From a virus, in IMG/VR virus record IMGVR_UViG_3300048837_000975, positions 32,001 through 96,000 of that record: a DNA stretch of 64,000 bases. One strand, 5' to 3'. How positions within the stretch are numbered: position 1 is the first letter of the stretch; each line of letters begins with the position of its first letter. Of this stretch, positions 50,332 to 58,327 are shown piece by piece. The position numbers and the translations under genes are program-made. The notes below the pieces were generated by a model that ran no database searches, was not told where the DNA came from, and saw only the letters and a program-made list of their open reading frames with translations.

Positions 50332-50570
50332 ATTGCGCTCTGAGGAGCGACATACAGAAGCTGACGCACCGTCGCAAATTGCGCTCTGAGGAGCGACATG
50401 CTGGGCTTCAGACCTGCGGCACCTATCATTCCACAAATTGCGCTCTGAGGAGCGACTAGAAGGGCTGATGAACGCGCTCGCGAATAGAATTGCGCTCTGA
50501 GGAGCGACAGCCGCGACGTTCAGTAACAGCGGATTTGCGCTCTGAGGAGCGACACTTGGTACTTCCCTAC
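50332..50570 (+). CRISPR. mini-array of five 5'-truncated CasPhi repeats with five self-matching guides
   Basis: core ATTGCGCTCTGAGGAGCGAC at 50332, 50378, 50437, 50489 and (19 nt) 50535; guides match 49518-50262. Confidence 0.95.
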
Positions 50571-50603
50571 ACACTGTAATCTGGAGTGGTGCAAAAAAAG
50601 TTC

Positions 50604-50632
50604 TTGCTCCGCTTCGCATGGGCTGCTACAAC
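50604..50632 (+). promoter_or_regulatory. putative cas12j promoter
   Basis: TTGCTC-N17-TACAAC with extended TG; ATG at 50642. Confidence 0.5.
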
Positions 50633-50641
50633 GCTGGAGCG

Positions 50642-52945
50642 ATGAAGAAAACGACAAATCTGAAGATTGAAAATGGCGTATCGCCGCTTGCGCAGATGAC
50701 TCGCAAGCATTTTCCGGGAAAAAGGTTTCCAGCTAGCGTCTTGAAGCCAGCTGGCAGGAAGCTCAAGGATCACGGTGAGCAAGCTGCGATCGAATTTCTG
50801 CAGGCCAACATTGATGTTCCTTACGGGAACTTTAAGGCGCCGGCAAAGTGTAATGTTGTCGCTACTAGTCGCCCGTATAGCGAGTGGCCGCTTTACAAGT
50901 TCTCATCTGAGCTTCAGAAAGCAGTCTTTGCACTCTCAAAGGATAGGCTGATGGAGATTGAACCATCAAAGCAATCCGACGCAGAGAACGAGAAGTTCCT
51001 GTCAGCGATCGGAGTCAGCGCGGATCCGTCAATTAACGTGACGTTCGTTAGCGCGTGCATTTCAAAGGCCGTGCATACGTACCTTGGAATGGAGAAGAAG
51101 GCTGAGAACAAGTACCAGAAGAAGTTGTCAAGGTGTCGCTCAGAGAGCGAGCTAAGTAGCGTCACACCAGAAAACGTATACAATGAAGACGGAACGCTTT
51201 CTGACGGGTGGCGGCCCGGTTTCAATGCTAACCTATACGGAAACTCAAATAGCAAGCTGAGTCTATTCGGATCCGTTAGGTCGCACAACAAGGTGGAGCT
51301 GCCTGTGTGGCTTTCTGAATACCGAGAGTGGGCAAAGAATCGCTCAAAGGATTCAAAGATCAATGAGTACAGCGCAAGCGTTGATCGACTGTCGATTCCG
51401 GAGGGCCAGCCCGGTCACGTTCCGCTTTGGCAAAGAGACTCGTCTAAGCGAACTAAGCCGGGCGGTGGAGAGATCAAAGAAGGGGTTCGTCGTCATCGAT
51501 GGTACTCGAACCGAAACAACGCGAACCGAAGGAACAAGGTTGACCAGGCAACCAGGTTGGCCGCATCGGCTATGGAGATGGTTCTTGCAATCGCATTCTT
51601 CGGAGAGGACTGGGTTCTCTTTGACATTCGCGGACTACTTAGGAACGCTCGCTACCGCAAGCTTGTGAACAAGAATACGACATATGGCGATCTGATGGAG
51701 TTGTTTACGGCAGATCCTGTTCTTGATACAAAGCGAGGAATCATCACCGCATCGTATAAGGACACGACTCTCAAGATCGTTCAGCAGACAATAGTCGGCG
51801 AAAAGAAGTCCAAATCCAAGATTCTGGAAGAGGTCCAGAAGAACGGGCCGGTTGCTGTTGTATCGATCGATCTCGGTGTAAATGAGCCCGTGTCGTACCG
51901 TGTGTCGAGGGTTGATGTAGCTGGAGGGAACGCCATCGTTGCCGAGCTTGCCGCTGAAGGATTCATGAGCAACGAACTAAAGAAAGAGATTTCTAGTTAT
52001 CGGGAAAAGTCGGACGAGCTTAACGGCGATCTTCGTGAGAAGGCAGTCCTTTCCCTCTCGGACGAAATGCAGGCAGAGATTCGCCGAGTCGACGCAACGA
52101 ATGCCAGTGACTCGAAGAACAGAATCTGCGAAATGCTCAGCCTGGATCCGGAAAGCGTTGACTGGTCAAAGATGACCACGCAAACCAGGTTCATTTTCAA
52201 CAAGCACGTTGAGAACGGCGGGGATCCTAACGTCCTTCTGTTCACTCCGACCGAGGACAAAAAGAACAAAGGTAAGAAGAGCAAGAATAAGAAGGGCGAG
52301 TACGGAGACAGGGTTCCGCACTCCGACAGTGGGATCGCTCGGAACATTGCCAGAGAGAAGCTCAGTATGGAGACTTGCGAGGCTCTCAACAAAGCAAAAC
52401 GGGAACTGCAACAAGAAGATCCTCGGTATGGTAAGCTTTCCAAGCGAAAGCAGGAGTTCGCTCGACGCGTAGTGAACGGAGTGGTTGTGCGCGCACAGGA
52501 AGTCACTGGGTGTGATAACGTTGTGCTGGTCGTTGAGAAGCTCAACGTATCAAACAAGATGTTTAGCGGAAGCGGAAAACGAGCTCCAGGATGGGACAAC
52601 TTCTTCGTTCACAAGAAAGAGAACCGCTGGTTTATTCAGGCGCTACACAAGGCGTTCACCGACAAGGCTGCGCACAAGGGCATTCCTGTAATCGAAATTA
52701 AACCGAGCTATACAAGTCAGACTTGCCCAGCGTGCGAGCATTGTGACAAGGACAACCGAGACGGGGTTCACTTCTGCTGCACCAGGTGCGGGTTCACCGG
52801 TCACGCGGACCTCAACGTAGCGTGCTTCAACATTGAGAAAGTTGCTCTTACTGGAGAAGCTATGAGCGGACCCGGCAGCGCAACTGCGCACAAAAAGACT
52901 CGCAAACCAAAGAAGGCTATGGTAGAGTCAGATAAAGCCGCGTAA
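50642..52945 (+). CDS. cas12j: CasPhi (Cas12j) type V CRISPR effector
   Basis: KHFPG.RF; NF..PAKC.VV..SR...EWP; PG..P.WQR; D.RGLLRNAR; FT.DPV.D; RuvC-I SIDLG; RuvC-II VEKLNV; GSGKR.PGWDNFF..KKENRWFIQ.LHKAF; zinc ribbon; RuvC-III ADL.VA. These match the CasPhi-2 sequence as recalled. Confidence 0.97.
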   Translation: MKKTTNLKIENGVSPLAQMTRKHFPGKRFPASVLKPAGRKLKDHGEQAAIEFLQANIDVPYGNFKAPAKCNVVATSRPYSEWPLYKFSSELQKAVFALSKDRLMEIEPSKQSDAENEKFLSAIGVSADPSINVTFVSACISKAVHTYLGMEKKAENKYQKKLSRCRSESELSSVTPENVYNEDGTLSDGWRPGFNANLYGNSNSKLSLFGSVRSHNKVELPVWLSEYREWAKNRSKDSKINEYSASVDRLSIPEGQPGHVPLWQRDSSKRTKPGGGEIKEGVRRHRWYSNRNNANRRNKVDQATRLAASAMEMVLAIAFFGEDWVLFDIRGLLRNARYRKLVNKNTTYGDLMELFTADPVLDTKRGIITASYKDTTLKIVQQTIVGEKKSKSKILEEVQKNGPVAVVSIDLGVNEPVSYRVSRVDVAGGNAIVAELAAEGFMSNELKKEISSYREKSDELNGDLREKAVLSLSDEMQAEIRRVDATNASDSKNRICEMLSLDPESVDWSKMTTQTRFIFNKHVENGGDPNVLLFTPTEDKKNKGKKSKNKKGEYGDRVPHSDSGIARNIAREKLSMETCEALNKAKRELQQEDPRYGKLSKRKQEFARRVVNGVVVRAQEVTGCDNVVLVVEKLNVSNKMFSGSGKRAPGWDNFFVHKKENRWFIQALHKAFTDKAAHKGIPVIEIKPSYTSQTCPACEHCDKDNRDGVHFCCTRCGFTGHADLNVACFNIEKVALTGEAMSGPGSATAHKKTRKPKKAMVESDKAA

Positions 52946-53133
52946 TGATCTAAAACGCCGAGATCCTCTGAACCGGAGGCGCTCGCAAACAGAAATTGAC
53001 AACAAGTTCGACAGGATGCCATCTGAGCATAGAATGGCACCAGGAGGCACGAGCGCGAGATCGCTCCCGGATCGGAAAGGCTCTCGCAAACCGTTCGGTA
53101 ACCGCGCGAATCTACAGGGTCTCACGGAGACCC

Positions 53134-53662
53134 ATAGAAACCCCTACAAATTGCGCTCTGAGGAGCGACGACCGCCAAAGCAGCCAAGGTGCCAGCGCTA
53201 CCGACATAGAAACCCCTACAAATTGCGCTCTGAGGAGCGACTGACCACGGGATCGCTCGCCGTCGTGAACGGAATGATCATAGAAACCCCTACAAATTGC
53301 GCTCTGAGGAGCGACCCAGTGTTCGTGACCTCTACCGCCGTCTACTTTTGGCATAGAAACCCCTACAAATTGCGCTCTGAGGAGCGACTTGGTGCCAGCC
53401 TCACCACGACCGCCGCATCAGGCGCGATAGAAACCCCTACAAATTGCGCTCTGAGGAGCGACTGAGTCCACCCAATCACTATCGAGCATATGCCACTCCT
53501 ATAGAAACCCCTACAAATTGCGCTCTGAGGAGCGACCGCGACGAACGCAAAGAGCTTGTGGCTGCGGCCCGCCATAGAAACCCCTACATATTGCGCTCTG
53601 AGGAGCGACTTAGCTTCGCCGAGGATCTAGAAACCCCTACAAATTGCGCTCTGAGGAGCGAC
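53134..53662 (+). CRISPR. CasPhi CRISPR array, 8 repeats of 36 bp and 7 spacers (36, 38, 37, 38, 38, 37, 17 nt)
   Basis: ATAGAAACCCCTACAAATTGCGCTCTGAGGAGCGAC at 53134, 53206, 53280, 53353, 53427, 53501, 53574 (1 SNP) and 53627 (1 SNP); ATTG-hairpin-AC 3' end typical of CasPhi. Confidence 0.99.
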
Positions 53663-53788
53663 ACTCAAACGGAACGAACGTCAGGGGAGACGCCACAAAA
53701 CGTAAAGCTTGATTGAATTCCTGCGTCATGGTAACTTGCTATGTGTTGCAGCCCGCCATGTTGGCGGAGACCCAATCATAGGAGAACC

Positions 53789-54721
53789 ATGGCAAATATC
53801 GATCTGACTCAGCTCATTCAATCCGCTAATTTTGCGAGCGCGGCCGCGCGTAAGCACGAGCAGCAAATCTCTGGCATCGGAATGCGCGTTGCGGAGATTC
53901 AGAAGGAGTTCGGCAACCTTCGTGATGCTCTTTCGCGCGTTGAGATCTCGTCCCGCATGGGCGATCCCGGAATTCAGCGTGTTGAGAACATTCCCGGCCG
54001 ACGAGTGCCCTTCGATCTGCTCGTAGACATTCCGATCGCTGCGGGCAGCACCGCTGTTCAGCAGGGCACTATCACGATCAGCCAAGAAGGCCCGTTCGTG
54101 GCGGTCTCGCGCTTCGCTACGCTGCTTTCTGCGTACGAGTACACCTACACGGAGCCCGGCACTTCTAGCACGACGCGTTACCAAGGCCGCAGCTACGGCC
54201 GGTACCGCCCGATTCACTCTGCGTGGGATCTGAACGATGGCAATCCGATTGCGACTACGACTCTGACGACTCCGCCCACCTTCCCTGGTACCGGTGCGCC
54301 TCTGATCGTGTCTCCGAGCAACGCGAGCAGCTTCCGCACGATGGAGGGAGACTTCCGAATCAAGTTCGAGAACGCCGGTTCCAGCTTCCCCAGAAGCAAC
54401 CTCGAAGTTCCGAGCCCGTTCTGGACGAAGAGCATCAACGAGGCATTCGATCTTGGGGCTCTGGATGTGTTTGAGCGCGGCGAGGTGCTGAGCTTCCGTG
54501 TTCTTCCGCTTCATGCCGCAAACGCCTCCTATGGCAACCTCGCTGGCTACGGAACGGGCGACTATCCGTACATTGAGTCGCAGTGGGATGCTGTCGAAGG
54601 TATTGACGATACGGTCGACGCGGAAGCCACGGTGGATCCGATTACGCGTTACCCGAACTCGATTCTGACTATTGGCTTCCACGGATACCGGATCATCCAA
54701 CAGCCGGGCGTCGTCTACTAA
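53789..54721 (+). CDS. second beta-rich capsid-like protein with N-terminal coiled coil
   Basis: AGGAG SD; beta pattern ending LTIGFHGYRI; biased codons. Confidence 0.55.
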   Translation: MANIDLTQLIQSANFASAAARKHEQQISGIGMRVAEIQKEFGNLRDALSRVEISSRMGDPGIQRVENIPGRRVPFDLLVDIPIAAGSTAVQQGTITISQEGPFVAVSRFATLLSAYEYTYTEPGTSSTTRYQGRSYGRYRPIHSAWDLNDGNPIATTTLTTPPTFPGTGAPLIVSPSNASSFRTMEGDFRIKFENAGSSFPRSNLEVPSPFWTKSINEAFDLGALDVFERGEVLSFRVLPLHAANASYGNLAGYGTGDYPYIESQWDAVEGIDDTVDAEATVDPITRYPNSILTIGFHGYRIIQQPGVVY

Positions 54722-54729
54722 GGAGCATT

Positions 54730-55560
54730 ATGAGCGATTTCGCGAGGCAATTTAGCCAAGCGTTCGCGCAGACCAACCCGCACATCGGTGGCAATCGTTC
54801 TGCCAGTGTGCGGGTTGGACAACCGGCGCCAATTCCCGAGTCCGTAAGGGGTCGGGGGTGTAGCGACGCTGCGCGCACTGTTGTGGCTGGCGGAGCAATG
54901 TCACAGTTGCTTCTGCACCCTACGTTCGTTCCGTTTGAGCTTACGTTCCGTAAGCTACCCGACGACGGCGTTTATACCGCTAACAGAATAAACCAATACG
55001 CATTTGAGCTTGGATCCTTCACGGTTCCCACTTCGATGTCATTGGCTGTCGCGGAGTACTCGTTTCGACCTTACCGCATCTCTGGGGCTGCTCCTGGAGA
55101 AGCTGTTCCGCTCGAGACAGGTAGATTGTCGTTGGAGCTTGCGTACGACCTGAACATTGACCAGTACCGTAAGGGAAACATCAAGACACAGGTTGTCCCG
55201 CGGCTACCTTCGCCTGCACAGAACGCGTTTGCTGGTAATCCTTCTGGCGGATCTGTGTTTCAGCAGTCGGTTGGCGGGCTGGCTGGATCGGCGTCGCTGG
55301 CGAGCTTCAACTCTGACGTTACATCCGGGCTCACCAACTATGGTGACGCTCTCATCATTCAGGGAACAAAGACTCAGCAGGGTCCTGAGAAGTTCCCGTT
55401 CACCTATTACGTTAGGTCCAACCAGGCTGTTCAGATGCGAGTGATCGTGTTTGGGCAGATCACGATTCCTCTTGCGTTCTTCGAGGGCGTGTTGAGCGGG
55501 TATCTGATGCCGCAGAACACTCTTGAGTCGATGCTTGACGGCGTGAGTCCCTGTCAGTGA
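54730..55560 (+). CDS. third beta-rich capsid/vertex-like protein
   Basis: AGGAG SD; FELGSFTVP...EGVLSGYL. Confidence 0.5.
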   Translation: MSDFARQFSQAFAQTNPHIGGNRSASVRVGQPAPIPESVRGRGCSDAARTVVAGGAMSQLLLHPTFVPFELTFRKLPDDGVYTANRINQYAFELGSFTVPTSMSLAVAEYSFRPYRISGAAPGEAVPLETGRLSLELAYDLNIDQYRKGNIKTQVVPRLPSPAQNAFAGNPSGGSVFQQSVGGLAGSASLASFNSDVTSGLTNYGDALIIQGTKTQQGPEKFPFTYYVRSNQAVQMRVIVFGQITIPLAFFEGVLSGYLMPQNTLESMLDGVSPCQ

Positions 55561-55651
55561 GTTTGCTTGTTGCGTTGCTGCTGCGGAGGAGACAAAACAC
55601 CCTACGTGGCAGCGGCGCAACGGGCAGTATCGTTAGCGAAGAGAGTGGATA

Positions 55652-55795
55652 ATGGCAAAGACAGTTTCCGTTATCTCTGGAGTGCCTGATGGGCTGAGCG
55701 GATCGCCTGGAGCGACTATCGTTCCGTGGGTGATCATTGCCAGTGTCGTTGGATTTGTGTTTTGGTCTACGACATGTCAGATTAAGGGGAGCTAA
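55652..55795 (+). CDS. 47-aa membrane protein (absent from the ORF track)
   Basis: MAKTVSVISGVPDGLSGSPGATIVPWVIIASVVGFVFWSTTCQIKGS; TAATG overlap with the next gene. Confidence 0.65.
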   Translation: MAKTVSVISGVPDGLSGSPGATIVPWVIIASVVGFVFWSTTCQIKGS

Positions 55796-56121
55796 TGTCC
55801 CTTAGTCTCGCAGACATAGAGACGATCTCCAACGTGGCGACTCGGATTGACGCGAATCCGGTGTTGCTGCTTGGAAGGTTCTTTGGGCTGAGCGCGGAAG
55901 AGCAGCGCGCGGGCGTTCCGACGTGGGGATGGATCGCTTTGGGGGTTGGCGTAGCTGTGGCTGGCGGACTGCTTCTTCATCGCAAGTACGCGAAGAACAG
56001 TAGTGAAGACGACGACGAGGAAGAGGACGAGAAGCCCAAGAAGCGTGTGAAGAAGCGCAAGAACCCAGCGAAGCGCTCTAAGATGTTTCGCGTAGTTAGG
56101 ACTCCAAATGAGACGGTCTGA
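55795..56121 (+). CDS. membrane protein with charged tail
   Basis: central TM; RKNP motif. Confidence 0.7.
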   Translation: MSLSLADIETISNVATRIDANPVLLLGRFFGLSAEEQRAGVPTWGWIALGVGVAVAGGLLLHRKYAKNSSEDDDEEEDEKPKKRVKKRKNPAKRSKMFRVVRTPNETV

Positions 56122-56356
56122 CACTGAGTTTATTGCTGAGGTTGCTCTGAGGGCCGGGTTATCCGTTAACGCAACCGGCGTCGGGTATATGTGCCTCGTG
56201 AGTCCGGACGATCCTCATTCGTCGGTCGCCTGCTATGCGGTCGTTTTGACCCAAGATGGCGTTGAGACCATTTTTGATCCTGGCGTGGGCGGTACAGTTG
56301 CTCAGGCTGAGGAAGACCTACTGTCGATTGTCAAGCGAGTTCACAAGAAATTGTGA
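56108..56356 (+). CDS. hypothetical protein
   Basis: ORF in operon. Confidence 0.5.
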   Translation: MRRSDTEFIAEVALRAGLSVNATGVGYMCLVSPDDPHSSVACYAVVLTQDGVETIFDPGVGGTVAQAEEDLLSIVKRVHKKL

Positions 56357-56400
56357 TTCACAAGAGTTTTTGATACTCTGTATCTCAGGAGTCGAAGATT

Positions 56401-56688
56401 ATGGCTAACGGAATTCTGCAAGTTGGGCAAGGTCGTGCGGTTCGTGATGGTGTGCTTGGTTCGGTGCTTGCTACCGGTCCTGGCGCGTCGTATCGTGATG
56501 GCTCGCTTGGCGAGTACATGAGCTACGGAACGAACGGCCTTGGCGGCTGCAGCTCGTGTGGTACGAGCGGTCTCGGCGAGGGCGCGAGCGTGCTCGGTTT
56601 CGATATCGGCACTAACACCATCCTTGGCGCGCTGATCGGTGCCGCTGCAGTGTACTACGCGATTGCTAACGGCCATATCAAGGTGTGA
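56401..56688 (+). CDS. small Gly-rich membrane protein
   Basis: AGGAG SD; SLGEY, two GLG; TM. Confidence 0.75.
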   Translation: MANGILQVGQGRAVRDGVLGSVLATGPGASYRDGSLGEYMSYGTNGLGGCSSCGTSGLGEGASVLGFDIGTNTILGALIGAAAVYYAIANGHIKV

Positions 56689-57191
56689 TCGTGGCGCACA
56701 GATCCGAACATAGTCAACGGATCCTGTCTATGGCGGCGGAGTACAACGCTAAGAAGGTTGAGAGCTGCCTACGGCACATTGATCTGGAGATGAACCGTCT
56801 TCAGGAAGCGTCAGATCGCGGCGTTGATGTTTATGAGCTGTGGACAACGGCTACTCCAGAGTCTCTCGGTAAACTCCAAGAGATGGGCATAATCCGCAAC
56901 GCCAAAGCTCTCGCTGACTCGATGGACTACTGCGCTGAGCACTATGCGCGGTGGGAGAAGGAGCAGCAGAGCGATCGTAGCTACGACTCCGAGGAGTACG
57001 AGTACAACGGAAAGAACTCGTTTAAGACGAGGGCAGCTTTCCAGATTGGTGGCCGCTGGAAGTGGGTAACGTGGGTTCACGAGGAGCCCAATAAGCACGC
57101 AGCGATCATCGAAAAGGCGAAGGAGCTCGGAGCTTCCCGGTGGGATTACGGAAACGCAGATCATGCGTTTGTGAGTGAAGCTAACTTCTGA
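56685..57191 (+). CDS. hypothetical protein
   Basis: GTGA overlap. Confidence 0.55.
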   Translation: MIVAHRSEHSQRILSMAAEYNAKKVESCLRHIDLEMNRLQEASDRGVDVYELWTTATPESLGKLQEMGIIRNAKALADSMDYCAEHYARWEKEQQSDRSYDSEEYEYNGKNSFKTRAAFQIGGRWKWVTWVHEEPNKHAAIIEKAKELGASRWDYGNADHAFVSEANF

Positions 57192-57247
57192 TCTCTGCGC
57201 CAAGCCACGTCGCGAACAGCGAAGGCGCCAGACTCCTGTTGTGGCCT

Positions 57248-57285
57248 GACCCGGTGATCGCAAGGTTGCCGGGTCCTACTTTTTT
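57248..57285 (+). terminator. intrinsic terminator
   Basis: GACCCGGTGATC-GCAA-GGTTGCCGGGTC followed by a T tract. Confidence 0.8.
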
Positions 57286-57323
57286 GTCTTCCATTTAAGC
57301 TGGATCTGTGCTAACACCGTTGG

Positions 57324-57974
57324 ATGGTACAGTTTTTGGATTGGCTTGAGGTAGCCGGGCGCGTTGCTACATCGTTTCAGGTTGCGCCCGAGGGAACGCC
57401 TCAGCGAGTGTGGGCGGAGATTGCTCCGTGGCTCACGCGCTTTAGCAAGAACGCAGCGCAGAAGTGGCTTCCTCGCATTCTCAACAACCAGACGTGTCAG
57501 GTTCCGAGTCTGACCAGCGGCATTCCTTCGCCGTGTACGCGTCACGCCGTATCTACGTGCGATGTCTGCGGTCGGCAGGTTTGCTTGGAGCACGCTCGAG
57601 TAGACCACCGAGCAGAAGCGATCTGCTTTCCGTGTGTTGCGGCGGCGATGAAGGCGGCTCGCGCGCAAGGAACAGGGTTCTACGGCGAGAATCAGCCAGC
57701 TGACAAGGGCTATGAGGGGGATCCTGGTCAACCTAAGGCTCAGCAGCCTCCTCATCGAGACAAAAAGGAGATTCTTCGGGAAGCGTACAAGATTCTTGGC
57801 GTCAAGCAGTCGTGCACAGATGCTGAGTTGAAGTCTGCTTACAAGAAACTTGCTGCGAAGTGGCATCCAGATCGGCATCCGGATGACAAGAAGGCGGCCG
57901 CCGAGGAGCGGTTCAAGCGTGTCCAGAAGGCGTACGAATACGTCACTGCAGCCAGAGAAAACTCCGAAACTTGA
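57324..57974 (+). CDS. zinc-finger plus C-terminal DnaJ (J-domain) protein
   Basis: C..H...CxxC...C..H...CxxC; AY.ILGV...ELKSAYKKLA.KWHPDR...AEERFK.V..AYE. Confidence 0.88.
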   Translation: MVQFLDWLEVAGRVATSFQVAPEGTPQRVWAEIAPWLTRFSKNAAQKWLPRILNNQTCQVPSLTSGIPSPCTRHAVSTCDVCGRQVCLEHARVDHRAEAICFPCVAAAMKAARAQGTGFYGENQPADKGYEGDPGQPKAQQPPHRDKKEILREAYKILGVKQSCTDAELKSAYKKLAAKWHPDRHPDDKKAAAEERFKRVQKAYEYVTAARENSET

Positions 57975-58006
57975 TATAAGTCCTCTGATAGTGCAGACTG
58001 TAGAGC

Positions 58007-58327
58007 ATGAGTTACCTAGGCGTAAATCCGGGCTGGTATCAGATGACGGCGCCGGATACCGTTCTATCGGCCGGCAGCAAAGGGTGGAGCGAAGCTCCCT
58101 GGGTTGATTGGGGCGACAATCCCAACACCGCTGGCGGGCCTAGGCTTGCTGTGGGAGCGTTTGGTGAAACGAAGCCAGTGACTGGGCTTCTGGATCCTTC
58201 GCTTGTTGCCGCTGCTCAGCCTGCTCAAGCTAAGTCGAGCGGGCTCCTGGTGACCGGTGGTCTTTTTCTGGCAGCCGCGGCCCTGATCGGAGCGGCGGTG
58301 TATATGGTCAAAAAGGAGTCCGTGTAA
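58007..58327 (+). CDS. putative virion membrane protein
   Basis: YLG/AFG motifs; C-terminal TM. Confidence 0.65.
   Translation: MSYLGVNPGWYQMTAPDTVLSAGSKGWSEAPWVDWGDNPNTAGGPRLAVGAFGETKPVTGLLDPSLVAAAQPAQAKSSGLLVTGGLFLAAAALIGAAVYMVKKESV

Noticed and set aside
50484-50489. ATAGAA before repeat 4 looked like the repeat 5' end with an internal deletion
   Set aside because: These bases are fully explained by the protospacer match to 49518-49523
49480-50619. 379-aa minus-strand ORF with internal repeats
   Set aside because: Antisense shadow of the capsid-like gene and mini-array; the repeats come from the self-matching guides
50618-50641. Upstream ATG for cas12j given by the ORF track
   Set aside because: It lies inside the predicted promoter; 50642 fits the promoter spacing better, though this is unproven
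53242-53279. Spacer 2 translates to TTGSLAVVNGMI, resembling AAGSTAVQQGTI in the 53789 gene; spacer 1 revcomp resembles AGTLA in the histone-like gene
   Set aside because: Low nucleotide identity and short low-complexity peptides; a database search would be needed
53463-53500. Spacer 5 frame giving TIEHMP, similar to capsid SIDNMP
   Set aside because: That frame begins with a stop codon and DNA identity is poor
53016-53716. ORFs with repeated IETPTNCALRSD / HRNPYKLRSEER peptides
   Set aside because: They are translations of CRISPR repeats, not genes
54951-54966. Gapped 12/17 resemblance of spacer 7 to sequence next to the terminal-guide target
   Set aside because: Needs a gap and four mismatches; not distinguishable from chance
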